In this document: one piece after another, positions 18,942-30,878 of the stretch
Numbering within the stretch: the stretch's first letter is position 1
Layout of the letters: each line of letters opens with the position of its first letter
Assembly: GCA_902623175.1 (NCBI GenBank)
Contig: CACNSR010000015.1
Location: 2,889 to 66,888, forward strand
Length of the DNA stretch: 64,000 nucleotides
Source: Halieaceae bacterium
GTDB taxonomy: Bacteria > Pseudomonadota > Gammaproteobacteria > Pseudomonadales > Halieaceae
Direction: 5' to 3'
Made by a program: the position numbers and the translations under genes
The notes under the pieces: model-generated
The model's input: the letters and a program-made list of their open reading frames with translations, nothing else
The model's database searches: none
Told to the model about the DNA's origin: nothing

Positions 18942-20258
18942 TCAGTCTCTGCCGCGCATGCGCTTTTGAGCACTGAGCCCGTGTGCTTCCAGCGCCTCGG
19001 CATCAGCCAGCACCGCCGCAACCTCACCCAGGGTGTGAGCACCCTGTTCAGAGACCCTGATCAGACTGCTCCTGCGCTGAAAGTCATAGACACCCAGCGG
19101 CGAGGCAAATCGTGCGGAACCTGCGGTCGGCAACACGTGATTGGGGCCAGCACAATAATCACCGACCGCCTCCGAAGACATCGCCCCCATAAAGATCGCG
19201 CCCGCTGCACGTATATCGCCGACCACGCTGTCCGGGTCCGCCAATGCCAGCTCGAGGTGTTCAGGTGCCATACGGTTACTCAGGGTCACTGACGACTCGA
19301 TATCGGGCACCTTGATCAGCGCGCCGCGGTGTTTGAGCGCCGCCGTAACTATATCGCGCCGCGACAACGTGGGTAGCAGTCGAGCAATACAGGCCGCCAC
19401 CGCGTCCAGATAGTCATTATCGGGGGAGATCAAAACCGCCTGCGCGTATTCGTCGTGCTCAGCCTGGGCGAACAAGTCCATGGTGACCCACTCGGGGTCG
19501 ACCGACCCGTCCGCGAGGATCAGAATTTCAGAGGGGCCAGCGACCATATCGATGCCCACACGCCCGAAAACCTGTCGTTTTGCCTCGGCGACGAAGCGGT
19601 TACCAGGACCGACAATTTTGTCGACCTTGGGAATTGTGGCCGTGCCATAGGCCAGCGCTGCGACAGCTTGAGCGCCGCCCACGGTATAGACCTCATCGAC
19701 ACCCGCCAGCGTCGCGGCTGCCAGCACCGCGGGGTTGACATCCCCACTGGGTGCCGGCGCGACCATGACAACGCGCGCAACACCGGCCACTTTCGCAGGG
19801 ATCGCGTTCATCAGCACCGAAGACGGATAGCTCGCCCGACCGCCGGGCACATAAACACCCACACAATCGAGCGCTGTGACTCGCTGCCCCAGCAAGTTGC
19901 CTTCTTCGTCCTCGTATTGCCAACTTTCGGCACGCTGACGTTCGTGGAACCCCCGAATGCGCGCCGCCGCCCGCGTGAGCGCCACTGACAGATCAGGGTT
20001 CAAATCAGACAAAGCCTGCTCGATCGCATCCACGCTGACACGAAGCGACTGAGCATCCTCCACCACTCTCCGATCCAGCTCATTGGTGTATCTGACCAAG
20101 GCGGCATCACCCTCGTGCGCTACCGCTGCCACAATCTGCGTGACGGTCTGCCCAAGGTCCGCATCGGCCTCGGCCGGGCTGATCAGCAAGCGGTCAAAGG
20201 CGGCCTCAAAGTCAGGCTCGGACATATCCAATCGGCTGATGGGATGCGTTGCCCTCAT
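18942..20258 (-). CDS. hisD: Histidinol dehydrogenase
   Basis: YVPGG...[33 protein letters not shown]. Confidence 0.97.
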   Translation of the reverse strand: MRATHPISRLDMSEPDFEAAFDRLLISPAEADADLGQTVTQIVAAVAHEGDAALVRYTNELDRRVVEDAQSLRVSVDAIEQALSDLNPDLSVALTRAAARIRGFHERQRAESWQYEDEEGNLLGQRVTALDCVGVYVPGGRASYPSSVLMNAIPAKVAGVARVVMVAPAPSGDVNPAVLAAATLAGVDEVYTVGGAQAVAALAYGTATIPKVDKIVGPGNRFVAEAKRQVFGRVGIDMVAGPSEILILADGSVDPEWVTMDLFAQAEHDEYAQAVLISPDNDYLDAVAACIARLLPTLSRRDIVTAALKHRGALIKVPDIESSVTLSNRMAPEHLELALADPDSVVGDIRAAGAIFMGAMSSEAVGDYCAGPNHVLPTAGSARFASPLGVYDFQRRSSLIRVSEQGAHTLGEVAAVLADAEALEAHGLSAQKRMRGRD

Positions 20259-20911
20259 TGACCCGCCGTTTCCACTGCAGCGGTCAGCGCTTCGACCAGC
20301 GCCTGGACAGACGCGTGCCGGGTGCGCATCGATGCCTTGTTCACGATCAGTCGCGAGGAGATATCCGCAATCAATTCCCGCGGCGCCATACCGTTCTCTG
20401 CCAGCGTCTTGCCGGTATCGACAATGTCGACGATCTCATCTGCCAAACCCATCAGCGGCGCCAGTTCCATGGAGCCGTAGAGCTTGATGAGATCGGCGTG
20501 CAGGCCCTTGCGCGCATAATGCGCTCGGGCCACGTTCATGAATTTAGTCGCCACCTTCACGCGGCGACGGCCTCTGTTCTCGGCCGGGTCAGAGGCGGGC
20601 CCGGCTGTCATGAGTCGGCATCGCGCGATGCCCAAATCCAGTGGCTCGTAGATGCTTTCGCCCCCGAACTCTAGCAACATGTCTTTTCCCGCGATCCCGA
20701 CATCTGCGGCACCGTGTCGGACATACGTGGGCACGTCAGATCCCCGGAGGATCACCAGACTGATATTGGGCACGGTGGTCGCAACGATCAGCTTGCGGCT
20801 ACTGTCGAGATCCTCCTTTGGCGCGATGCCGACCTCTGCCAGTAACGGCAAAGTTTCCCTCAATATCCGGCCCTTGGTCAGCGCAATCGTTAATGTGTGT
20901 GTGACTTTCAT
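20255..20911 (-). CDS. hisG: ATP phosphoribosyltransferase, short (HisZ-dependent) form
   Basis: [36 protein letters not shown]; about 218 aa from ATG 20911. Confidence 0.95.
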   Translation of the reverse strand: MKVTHTLTIALTKGRILRETLPLLAEVGIAPKEDLDSSRKLIVATTVPNISLVILRGSDVPTYVRHGAADVGIAGKDMLLEFGGESIYEPLDLGIARCRLMTAGPASDPAENRGRRRVKVATKFMNVARAHYARKGLHADLIKLYGSMELAPLMGLADEIVDIVDTGKTLAENGMAPRELIADISSRLIVNKASMRTRHASVQALVEALTAAVETAGQ

Positions 20912-20930
20912 AAAAGTGTTGGTCAGATCC

Positions 20931-22205
<1,275 letters not shown>

Positions 22206-22424
22206 TCAGGGGGTTTGCGCACTGATGTTGACCGCGTGCAGGGTGCCATCGGCAATGAGTCCAGCCAGCGGCGCATAAACGCGCTGCTGGCGCGCGATCG
22301 GCCTTAGGCCGTCAAACTCGGCGCTAATCACCGTAATGTCCACGTGCCCGCCCTCAAGCGCCACGGACACCTGCGCGCCCGGAAAGGCCTCGGATAACAG
22401 CTGGGTCAACTCTGATTCAGTCAC
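22206..22424 (-). CDS. ibaG: BolA/IbaG family protein
   Basis: H....VIS..F.G.....RQQ.VY..L...I..G.LHA; upstream of murA. Confidence 0.9.
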   Translation of the reverse strand: MTESELTQLLSEAFPGAQVSVALEGGHVDITVISAEFDGLRPIARQQRVYAPLAGLIADGTLHAVNISAQTP

Positions 22425-23112
22425 CGGTCAATTCCTCCGCCTGCTCGACCACTGCCTCATTCCACTGAGCGATCACGCTATCGAGGTCGTCATCGGCGTC
22501 TCTGGCCAGCGCACTGAACTGATTGCGATAGATCTCACCGAGGTTTATGGTCTCGATAATAAGGTTGCGTAGGCGCCAAGCGCCATCTTTGTACTGACCC
22601 ATCTGGTAGCGGATGGTGTACACGCGCTCCGCCTCGCCGTATACCAGCTGGGTGACGGAAGCGACGCGCGCACTTTGTGCAGAGGCTTCGACGCCCTGCA
22701 CCTCCATTCTGGCACCGCCAAACGCGAGCAATCCCTTGGCATAGCTTCTGATCAGACCTTCTCTCAAAGTCGTTGCGAAGTCGTCCCTCTGGCGCTTTAG
22801 AGCGGCCCTGCCGGCTTGATCCATGTAGCGACCGCGACTGTAGTACTCCCCCATCACGGCGGTGGCAAACCCTGACCAGTCCACAAGCTCCGCTAACGCT
22901 TCGTCGATATCACGGTAGTAGCGGTCGGGATCCCTTTCAAAATACGTATTGGCTTCTGCGACCACCGTCATCACCTTAGCCGTGACATCACTGATGACTT
23001 CAGCGGGTCCCCGCTGACCCGCAGAGGCTTGCTCGGCACGGACTGGACCACCCTGGATGACCGCCAAATACAGCGCGATATGGGCCAGCAGACACATTAA
23101 TCGGTGTAACAC
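22417..23112 (-). CDS. mlaC: Periplasmic phospholipid shuttle MlaC/Ttg2D
   Basis: Signal peptide, VD....A..VMG, L.RSYA.GL, W...N.IIE.INLG..YRNQF; at the mla locus position. Confidence 0.85.
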   Translation of the reverse strand: MLHRLMCLLAHIALYLAVIQGGPVRAEQASAGQRGPAEVISDVTAKVMTVVAEANTYFERDPDRYYRDIDEALAELVDWSGFATAVMGEYYSRGRYMDQAGRAALKRQRDDFATTLREGLIRSYAKGLLAFGGARMEVQGVEASAQSARVASVTQLVYGEAERVYTIRYQMGQYKDGAWRLRNLIIETINLGEIYRNQFSALARDADDDLDSVIAQWNEAVVEQAEELTGD

Positions 23113-23315
23113 AGCAAACTCCTTTAAACCCCAAAACCACCCATTCTGCGAGGCACTAACGAATACCTGCCAACATCAGAATCGACTGAGTTAGACTATC
23201 TGAGCGAAGTGATGATCGACTCTCTTCTCACTGACAGTTCGCCTTCGCAAGCAATGATACCCGATCGTCGCTCAGCCCACTTGCCCACCAAACGGACGGA
23301 ATAGGAAAGCATATC

Positions 23316-24272
23316 GTGTTGTGGTACTCGACAGTGATTGCGCTGGGTTTGGCGGCGCTCGTCTGGAGCGCAGATCGCCTCGTGAATGGCGCCTCCGCCA
23401 TCGCAAGGCGGGCAGGTCTAACACCCATGCTCATTGGCCTGACGATCGTCTCGATAGGGACCTCCGCACCCGAGATCCTGATTTCCATCATGTCTGCACT
23501 GGCAGACTCGGGTGAGCTCGCCGTGGGTAATGCTTTGGGATCCAACATCGCCAACGTGGGGCTGGTATTGGGCGTCACACTCTTGTTCAGCAGTATTAAG
23601 CTGGCACGAGACACAACCTGGATCGATCTACCTCTACTGATGTTGGTCGTCCTCGTCATCTGGTTCTTGCTGAATGACCTCGAGCTTTCGCGATCAGACA
23701 GCTTCGTCCTACTTGGCATGCTGGCGCTCTTCTTTGTTCGTGTGGCCCAGCATGCTCAACAGTCTAATGACGATATCGAGGCACACGAGATACCCACCCT
23801 GACGCTGCCACTGGCATGGCTGTCGTTCCTCGGTGGGCTGGCGTTCTTGATTGCCTCATCACGAATACTGGTCTGGGCCGCTTCCCATATCGCTACTGAA
23901 TTGGGTGTGCCAGAGCTGGTCATTGGCCTGACCATTGTGGCCGTGGGGACCAGCCTGCCAGAATTGGCCGCTTCGGTCATGAGCGCATTGAGAGGTCACG
24001 CCGATATGGCAGTAGGCGCAGTAGTCGGCTCAAACATGTTCAATATTCTCTTGGTGCTGGCAATTCCCGGTCTGTGGGGCAGCCTCTCGCTGCACACAGC
24101 CGTGATCAGACGGGACATGTTCGCGGTATTTCTCACGACTCTGGTTCTTGCCCTTGCAGCGCTGTGGCGTTGGAATGGGGCGTCCGGATCCGGCAACTTG
24201 GGGCGAGGAACAGGGTTGCTACTGCTGTCTCTCTACACCGCTTATTTCGGCTGGCTCTTTTTAGTGCCTTGA
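23316..24272 (+). CDS. yrbG: Ca2+/Na+ antiporter (YrbG family)
   Basis: Two alpha repeats GTSAPE..GSNIAN and GTSLPE..GSNMFN. Confidence 0.92.
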   Translation: MLWYSTVIALGLAALVWSADRLVNGASAIARRAGLTPMLIGLTIVSIGTSAPEILISIMSALADSGELAVGNALGSNIANVGLVLGVTLLFSSIKLARDTTWIDLPLLMLVVLVIWFLLNDLELSRSDSFVLLGMLALFFVRVAQHAQQSNDDIEAHEIPTLTLPLAWLSFLGGLAFLIASSRILVWAASHIATELGVPELVIGLTIVAVGTSLPELAASVMSALRGHADMAVGAVVGSNMFNILLVLAIPGLWGSLSLHTAVIRRDMFAVFLTTLVLALAALWRWNGASGSGNLGRGTGLLLLSLYTAYFGWLFLVP

Positions 24273-24294
24273 CTGAATCCTGAAATTACAAAGT

Positions 24295-25275
24295 ATGGCC
24301 AACCACACCGATCAATTTTTCGTCGAATCTGCGCAGAGAACCATCTCAATGGAGGCGGACGCGGTGTCTTCGCTGAGCAGTGCACTGGGCCCACCCTTTG
24401 CAGCCGCCTGTCAGTGCGTGCTGAGCACGACTGGCCGCGTGGTGGTGACGGGCATGGGCAAAAGCGGACATATCGCCGGCAAAATTGCGGCCACACTGGC
24501 CAGCACTGGCACGCCGGCTTTTTTTGTGCACCCCGGTGAAGCGTCCCATGGCGACATGGGCATGATCACAGCGAGCGACTGTGTGATCGCGCTGTCCAAC
24601 AGCGGCAGCACGCACGAGATCCTCACGCTTTTGCCCCTGATCAAGCGCCTCGGTGTCCCGCTGATCAGCATGACCGGGAGTGATAGCTCCGAACTCGCAC
24701 AGACTGCCGACGTGCATCTACTGACCTCGGTGGAGACAGAAGCCTGCCCATTGAATCTGGCACCGACGTCCAGCACGACCGCTGCTCTGGTCATGGGCGA
24801 CGCGCTGGCTATCGCTGTTCTGGAGGCGCGGGGTTTCACAGCCGAGGAATTCGCCTTCTCACACCCCGGTGGTGCACTGGGTAAGCGCTTGCTGCTTCGC
24901 GTTGCCGATGTCATGGTTAGCGGCAGCGACATCCCGGCAATCACACCCACCGCGATGCTGGCCGATGCGATCGTAGAGATGACCCAGAAAGGCCTGGGCA
25001 TGACCACCATCGCTACAGACGACCAGCGACTGCTGGGCATCTTTACAGACGGCGACCTGCGCCGAGCGGTCGAAAATGGCATCGATTTGCGCGCCACACC
25101 GCTGACTGAGGCGATGACCGCCGACACCCGCACCATCCATCAGGAGTTGTTGGCCGCCGAGGCGTTGGCTCTGATGGAAAGGCATCAAATCAGCGCCTTG
25201 GTGGTGGTTGACGAGCAGGACACGATTCTCGGCATAGTCACGCTGCTAGCGCTGCTGCAGGCGGGACTCTCATGA
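24295..25275 (+). CDS. kdsD: Arabinose-5-phosphate isomerase
   Basis: GMGKSGH, HPGEASHGD, APTSST, HPGGALG, tandem CBS domains. Confidence 0.95.
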   Translation: MANHTDQFFVESAQRTISMEADAVSSLSSALGPPFAAACQCVLSTTGRVVVTGMGKSGHIAGKIAATLASTGTPAFFVHPGEASHGDMGMITASDCVIALSNSGSTHEILTLLPLIKRLGVPLISMTGSDSSELAQTADVHLLTSVETEACPLNLAPTSSTTAALVMGDALAIAVLEARGFTAEEFAFSHPGGALGKRLLLRVADVMVSGSDIPAITPTAMLADAIVEMTQKGLGMTTIATDDQRLLGIFTDGDLRRAVENGIDLRATPLTEAMTADTRTIHQELLAAEALALMERHQISALVVVDEQDTILGIVTLLALLQAGLS

Positions 25276-25796
25276 CAGGTCGCGCGGCACAGAAGGCAGA
25301 GTCGATCAAGCTGGTCGCGCTGGATGTCGACGGGGTTATGACCGACGGCACGCTGTTTTACCGGGCCATGTCAGAGCCCGAGACCAAGCCCTTCAACATC
25401 AAGGATGGACTGGGCATCAAGCTGCTTCAGCGCTGCGATATCGATGTGGCGATAATCACGGGCAGATCTTCAGAGGCGCTAGAGAGGCGCGCTGCTGAAC
25501 TGGGTATCGCCAAAGTGATCCAGGGACGTGAAGACAAGAGGTCCGCGCTCGAAGAGTTACTTAGAGCAAAGGAGCTCAACGCCGCTGAGGTGGCCTATAT
25601 GGGGGACGATCTGCCTGATCTGGGCGCTCTCCGTCTGGCAGGGCTGGCGACCTGCCCCAATGACGCGGTTGAGGCTGTTCGAAAGTGTGCAGATTGGATC
25701 GCGCCGTTGCCGGGTGGGGCGGGTGCCGTTCGAGCACTGGCCGATTTTATTTTGCAATCTCAGGGTCGCTTGTCCGATGTGATGAGGACTTTCTGA
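25272..25796 (+). CDS. kdsC: KDO-8-phosphate phosphatase
   Basis: DVDGVMTDG, F...DG.G, YMGDDLPD, GG.GAVR. Confidence 0.95.
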   Translation: MTGRAAQKAESIKLVALDVDGVMTDGTLFYRAMSEPETKPFNIKDGLGIKLLQRCDIDVAIITGRSSEALERRAAELGIAKVIQGREDKRSALEELLRAKELNAAEVAYMGDDLPDLGALRLAGLATCPNDAVEAVRKCADWIAPLPGGAGAVRALADFILQSQGRLSDVMRTF

Positions 25797-26332
25797 TGAA
25801 AGGCGCTGTGATCACCATGGGCATGGTCGCGCTGGGCATCGTACTATGGCAGTCATTCGTTCCCGAATCCTCGCCAGTCCAGCAAATTGATCTGGAGGAA
25901 GAGCTGATCGCGAGCTATCTGCGCGAAGGGACGCGACGGCACTTTTCTCAGGACGGCGTTGCCGCGGATGTTCTGGAAATCAGTGTGGCGACGCGATTGC
26001 AGAACAGCGAGGAGACCACTCTCAAGGACATTCGTTATCAAGCGCGGGCAGAAAACGGCGCGGTTTGGGATATCGAAGCAGCAACAGGGATTTTCTTTGA
26101 GGATCTCAATGAACTTGAACTCAAAAATGGAGTCACAATACTTGAGCTGACCCGAGACGCGACGATGCAGACAGAGTCCATGCATCTTTACATGGACCAA
26201 AAGCGTGCCCAGGGCGAGCAAGAGGTGGTGATGACAGGCCGGGGCAGTCGCACGTCAGGCACGGCATTTGAGCTGGATTTGCAAAGCAGCAAGGCGACCC
26301 TGAAGGGCGGCGTCAGAACAGAATATGAATAA
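25796..26332 (+). CDS. lptC: LPS export protein LptC
   Basis: TM anchor plus beta-jellyroll (W.I.A..G, V...Y); between kdsC and lptA; ATG overlaps the kdsC stop. Confidence 0.85.
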   Translation: MKGAVITMGMVALGIVLWQSFVPESSPVQQIDLEEELIASYLREGTRRHFSQDGVAADVLEISVATRLQNSEETTLKDIRYQARAENGAVWDIEAATGIFFEDLNELELKNGVTILELTRDATMQTESMHLYMDQKRAQGEQEVVMTGRGSRTSGTAFELDLQSSKATLKGGVRTEYE

Positions 26333-26347
26333 CGACCATGCCGACAA

Positions 26348-26905
26348 ATGCCTAGCAACATGCCCGACGTGCCTCACTTGAAGCGTTCATTGCTCTCACT
26401 GCTAATCACGGTGATGGGTCTGCCTTTCTCTGACGAGGCCTTAGCGTTGGACTCGGATCGGGATCAACCGATCCAAATCGTAGCGGACGTGGCGGTCAGG
26501 GATGAACTGGCAGGCGAAACCCGGTACGAGGGCAATGTGGTCCTCACACAAGGGTCGCTGGTGATCACTGCGGATACGCTCTCTATCAGCCATAACGTCG
26601 ACGAGGCCGATAAAATCGTCGCTACCGGGAGGCCGGCGACGCTGGTGCAACAACCGACACCCAACCAGGCGCCCGTCGACGCCTCGGCACTCCGCATTGA
26701 ATATGTCAGGTCTCAGGATCTTGTTCGGTTTCTTAAAAATGCACGGATCGCACAGGACGGCTCTACGCTGTCTGGTAGTCAAATCGATTATCTTGTCAGT
26801 CAACGCTCTGTTAGGGCGGCAGGCATACCGGGCGCTGAGGGGGCCAGTCGAGTCGAGGTTGTGATCCCACCAGAAAATCTGCGCGGTGATGCTTCCGATG
26901 GCTAG
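26348..26905 (+). CDS. lptA: LPS export periplasmic protein LptA
   Basis: AL.SD..QPI.I.AD, Y.GNV..TQG, RV.V.IPP; start uncertain. Confidence 0.92.
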   Translation: MPSNMPDVPHLKRSLLSLLITVMGLPFSDEALALDSDRDQPIQIVADVAVRDELAGETRYEGNVVLTQGSLVITADTLSISHNVDEADKIVATGRPATLVQQPTPNQAPVDASALRIEYVRSQDLVRFLKNARIAQDGSTLSGSQIDYLVSQRSVRAAGIPGAEGASRVEVVIPPENLRGDASDG

Positions 26906-27626
26906 CACCCTCAGCGCACATCATCTAGCAAAGGCCTATGGCGGTCGGCCCGTCGTGAAGGACGTGTCGCTACAAGTCAGCGCGGGTGAAATCGTCGGAT
27001 TGCTCGGCCCGAATGGCGCAGGCAAAACCACCTGCTTTCACATGATCCTGGGTCTGGTTGAAGCCGATGCCGGTGATATCCGCCTCAATGGCGAATCGCT
27101 GATGGCCATGCCAATGCACCGCAGAGCGCGCGCAGGCATTGGCTATCTACCGCAGGAAGCATCTGTTTTTCGTCAGCTCTCAGTACGAGATAACTTATTG
27201 GCGATTCTTGAGACACGCCCCGAACTGACGCGAGCGACTCGCCATACATTGGCCGAATCACTACTCGAGGAATTTAATGTCGGCCATTTGGCTGATTCCT
27301 TCGGGCAGGCGCTGTCTGGCGGCGAACGCCGGCGGGTCGAAATCGCTCGTGCGCTCGCCACTGAGCCCACTGTGATTCTCCTCGATGAACCCTTTGCGGG
27401 CGTCGATCCGATCTCCATTTCCGATATCAAACACACCATATCTCATCTCAAAGCCCGCGACATCGGCGTGCTGATCACGGATCATAATGTCCGTGAAACC
27501 CTCGATATTTGCGAACGTGCCTATATCGTGGGCGAAGGGCACGTCATCGCATCCGGTACGCCGATCGAGGTGCTGGCCAATGACAGGGTTCGGGAAACAT
27601 ACCTTGGAGAGCACTTCTCCCTCTGA
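26898..27626 (+). CDS. lptB: LPS export ABC ATPase
   Basis: [44 protein letters not shown]. Confidence 0.97.
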   Translation: MASTLSAHHLAKAYGGRPVVKDVSLQVSAGEIVGLLGPNGAGKTTCFHMILGLVEADAGDIRLNGESLMAMPMHRRARAGIGYLPQEASVFRQLSVRDNLLAILETRPELTRATRHTLAESLLEEFNVGHLADSFGQALSGGERRRVEIARALATEPTVILLDEPFAGVDPISISDIKHTISHLKARDIGVLITDHNVRETLDICERAYIVGEGHVIASGTPIEVLANDRVRETYLGEHFSL

Positions 27627-27745
27627 ATGCTAACCGACACGGCAGAAGCCCTGTCGCCGGTAGCACTCATTCACCGGATTCTCGAGCGCGCCGCTGAAAA
27701 AAGCGGTGGGTTTGACTCATTCGACTCATTTAACTAATTTGACCA

Positions 27746-27763
27746 CGGCAATTTCCTTGCCAA
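27746..27763. promoter_or_regulatory. sigma54 -24/-12 motif upstream of rpoN, readable on both strands
   Basis: + CGGCAATTTCCTTGC and - TGGCAAGGAAATTGC, both GG-N10-GC. Confidence 0.6.
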
Positions 27764-27824
27764 CTTCTTTGCACGACCACGTTGGGGCGATACACTGAAT
27801 CCCCAGCGAGCGATTATCCGTGGT

Positions 27825-29225
27825 ATGAAACAAGCGCTTCAGCTCAAGCTAGGGCAGCAACTGGCCCTGACGCCGCAACTGCAGCAAGCCATCAAATTGC
27901 TGCAGTTGAGTACCGTCGATCTGCAACAAATCATTGAAGAAACGCTGGAGAGCAATGCGCTCCTCGAGCGCGAGAATGAGCAGCCTGAGGAGATTGACCT
28001 CGATTTTGCTGAGGCAACCGCGTCAGAGGACGGCACCGAGGATCTGGCCGTAGACACTGTTTGGGAAGACGTACTCCCCTCCTCGACACCGCCGACACCC
28101 GGCCCTGCTGCCGAGGCCGATTTTTCCGAACAAGATTCAGAAGAGGAATCTCTGCGGGACCATTTGCTTTGGCAGCTGAACCTGACGCGTTTTTCAGACA
28201 CCGACCGTCTGATCGCGATGGCGCTAATTGATGCAATCGACAGCGATGGGCGGCTGACGCAAACCGCAGACGACATTCACGCCGATCTCGGCCTGGACGA
28301 TGTTGACCTCGACGAAGTGCTCGCTGTTCTGCATCGCTTGCAGCACTTCGAGCCGCCGGGCATATTCGCGGCAGATTTGCGCGAGTGTCTGCTCATCCAG
28401 CTCAGGCAGCTACCCACCGATACACCTTGTCGAGATGTTGCGGGCGCGCTCGTCAGCCGCCACCTCGCGCAGCTCCCCACAGCACCTCCCCGCCAACTGG
28501 CAAGAAAACTCCGTGCAAGCGAGCGCGAACTTAACAGTGCGATTCAATTGATTCGCTCGCTTGATCCAACACCCGGCGCCTCAATCGGCAGTGAGCGAAC
28601 GGAATACGTCACACCAGACGTTTTTGTCCGGCTGAGCAACGGCCGCTGGCAGGTGGAACTGAACCATGAAGTCGCCCCGCGACTGCGAGTGAATGAAAAT
28701 TATGTTGCCCTGTTGAGCGACGGATCGGCTGCCGACAGGGGATATGTCAAAGAGCAGTTACAAGAAGCCCGCTGGTTCATGAAGAGCTTGCAAAGCCGGA
28801 GTGAGACATTGCTCAAAGTCGCAGCCAAGATCGTCGAGCACCAAAAAGCCTTTCTAGAGGTCGGTGAAATCGGTATGAAACCTTTGGTTCTCGCAGATAT
28901 CGCCGCGGAGGTAGACCTCCACGAGTCCACTGTATCCCGCGCGACGACCAGAAAATACATGCACACACCGAGGGGCACTTTCGAGCTGAAGTACTTCTTC
29001 TCCAGCCGAGTGATGGGCGATGAAGGCGACGATATTGCCTCAACCGCCATCAAGGCTGCGATCAAACAATTGGTCGCCGAAGAGGATGTCCGCAAACCGC
29101 TGAGCGATTCCAAATTGTGTGCGCTACTGAAGGCACGAGATATGACAGTGGCTCGAAGAACTATCGCTAAGTATCGCGAACAGCTTGCAATCCCTCCCTC
29201 AAATGAACGCAAACGTCTAAACTGA
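27825..29225 (+). CDS. rpoN: RNA polymerase sigma-54
   Basis: Q-rich region I, HESTVSR, ELKYFF, RpoN box ARRTIAKYRE. Confidence 0.98.
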   Translation: MKQALQLKLGQQLALTPQLQQAIKLLQLSTVDLQQIIEETLESNALLERENEQPEEIDLDFAEATASEDGTEDLAVDTVWEDVLPSSTPPTPGPAAEADFSEQDSEEESLRDHLLWQLNLTRFSDTDRLIAMALIDAIDSDGRLTQTADDIHADLGLDDVDLDEVLAVLHRLQHFEPPGIFAADLRECLLIQLRQLPTDTPCRDVAGALVSRHLAQLPTAPPRQLARKLRASERELNSAIQLIRSLDPTPGASIGSERTEYVTPDVFVRLSNGRWQVELNHEVAPRLRVNENYVALLSDGSAADRGYVKEQLQEARWFMKSLQSRSETLLKVAAKIVEHQKAFLEVGEIGMKPLVLADIAAEVDLHESTVSRATTRKYMHTPRGTFELKYFFSSRVMGDEGDDIASTAIKAAIKQLVAEEDVRKPLSDSKLCALLKARDMTVARRTIAKYREQLAIPPSNERKRLN

Positions 29226-29254
29226 ATTAACAAGATTCGGCCAAGGAGTGAGCA

Positions 29255-29542
29255 ATGAACCTGACTATTAGCGGACACCACATGGATGTGACGCCAGCTA
29301 TCCGGCAGCACGTCGAAGAGAAACTGGTCCCGATTGAACGTCATGGCGATCACATCACCCGCATAGAGGTGACTTTGGTTGTCGAGAAGCACCTGCACAA
29401 GGCAGAGGCCAACCTGCACGTCGCGGGCGCGGATCTCTTTGCCTCATCGGAATCGGATGACATGTATGCCGCCATCGACTCACTCGCCGACAAGCTGGAT
29501 CGACAGGTCATCAAACACAAGGAAAAACATCGAGGCCATTGA
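29255..29542 (+). CDS. hpf: Ribosome hibernation promoting factor (short)
   Basis: I.GHH...T, DMYAAID...KL.RQ..KHKEK. Confidence 0.95.
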   Translation: MNLTISGHHMDVTPAIRQHVEEKLVPIERHGDHITRIEVTLVVEKHLHKAEANLHVAGADLFASSESDDMYAAIDSLADKLDRQVIKHKEKHRGH

Positions 29543-29545
29543 TCG

Positions 29546-30007
29546 ATGTTTGACACAAGCGCAGTGACACTAGGTCACTTTCAGGTGCTGAGCGAGGAGT
29601 CTCTTCTTAGCAAAAAACGCGTGTTTGAGCGTGCGGCTGAGGCAATGGGCGCCGCGCTAAATCTTAGCAGCGAAAACATTTATCGCGCACTGTTGGCGCG
29701 AGAGAAGCTTGGCAGCACGGCCATCGGAGAAGGTATCGCCATCCCCCATTGCCGCATCGATGAATGCGCTGAGGCGGCCGGGTGTCTCGTGACTTTGCAA
29801 GAGCCTATTGACTTCGGATCCACAGATGGCTGCGACGTCGATGTCATTTTCGTGCTGCTCGTGCCCGAGGAAGCGACACAGGCTCATTTAAACTTACTGG
29901 CGACCCTGGCACGAAGTTTCTCAAACGCCGACCTACGCAAACACGTTCGCCAGACGCTTGACCCGGAACAATTGAGAGAACTCCTGTTGAACAATGAGGC
30001 GCCATGA
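29546..30007 (+). CDS. ptsN: PTS EIIA-Ntr
   Basis: SKKR.FE, RE.LGST.IG.GIAIPH. Confidence 0.93.
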   Translation: MFDTSAVTLGHFQVLSEESLLSKKRVFERAAEAMGAALNLSSENIYRALLAREKLGSTAIGEGIAIPHCRIDECAEAAGCLVTLQEPIDFGSTDGCDVDVIFVLLVPEEATQAHLNLLATLARSFSNADLRKHVRQTLDPEQLRELLLNNEAP

Positions 30008-30876
30008 CGCCCAAACTCATCATCATCAGCGGCAGCTCAGGCGCAGGTAAGAGTAGCGCTCTGCGACTCCTTGAGGACGAGGGATACTACTGCGTGGACA
30101 ATCTCCCCCCGAGGCTATTACCAGAGTTCTCGGGGGAGATCGTGGCTCATCAGGAATATGAACGTTTCCGGGGCGTCGCCGTCTGCGTCGATGCGCGCGC
30201 CGTTAAAAGCGGGGTCCAGGACAATTCTGAATTGATGTCACATCTCGCAGCGCTACCTGATCGGTTGATTATCTTTTTGGATGCGCAACCTCATGTGCTA
30301 TTGAAGCGGTTTAGCGAGACCCGGCGCAGACACCCGCTCGCGGGACCTGACAACTCTCTACCCGAGGCGATCTCACGCGAAAGGAGACATCTTGAGCCGA
30401 TTGCGGCGAACGCGGATCTGCTCATCGACACCACCGATCTCACGCCAAGAGCACTGCGGGATATGATCACCAGTCGACTCGTTCAGCAACGAGATGGCCT
30501 CTCAGTAATGTTCGAGTCTTTTGCTTTTAAACGCGGTGTCCCAACCGATGCCGACTTTGTCTTTGATGCCCGAGCTTTACCAAACCCCTATTGGCAGGAC
30601 AAACTTCGCTCTCAGACCGGCCTCGACACGGAGGTCATCCAGTTTCTGGAGAGAGACGCACGATGCCTGGCTTTCTTCGCCAAGCTCAAAGACTTCCTCG
30701 CCAAGGTTTTACGTGACTTCGATGAGTCGGATCGGAGCTACATGACAATTGCTATCGGTTGCACTGGCGGTCAGCATCGCTCCGTTTATCTGACCGAGAA
30801 GTTACATCGAGACCTGATCACGCAGTTTCCTGCGGCGCAAATTCGGCATCGCGATCTGCAGGAGGCTGGCAGCTGA
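30004..30876 (+). CDS. rapZ: RNase adaptor RapZ
   Basis: G.SGAGKS, CVDNLP, SETRRRHPL, GCTGGQHRSV. Confidence 0.95.
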   Translation: MTPKLIIISGSSGAGKSSALRLLEDEGYYCVDNLPPRLLPEFSGEIVAHQEYERFRGVAVCVDARAVKSGVQDNSELMSHLAALPDRLIIFLDAQPHVLLKRFSETRRRHPLAGPDNSLPEAISRERRHLEPIAANADLLIDTTDLTPRALRDMITSRLVQQRDGLSVMFESFAFKRGVPTDADFVFDARALPNPYWQDKLRSQTGLDTEVIQFLERDARCLAFFAKLKDFLAKVLRDFDESDRSYMTIAIGCTGGQHRSVYLTEKLHRDLITQFPAAQIRHRDLQEAGS

Positions 30877-30878
30877 AA

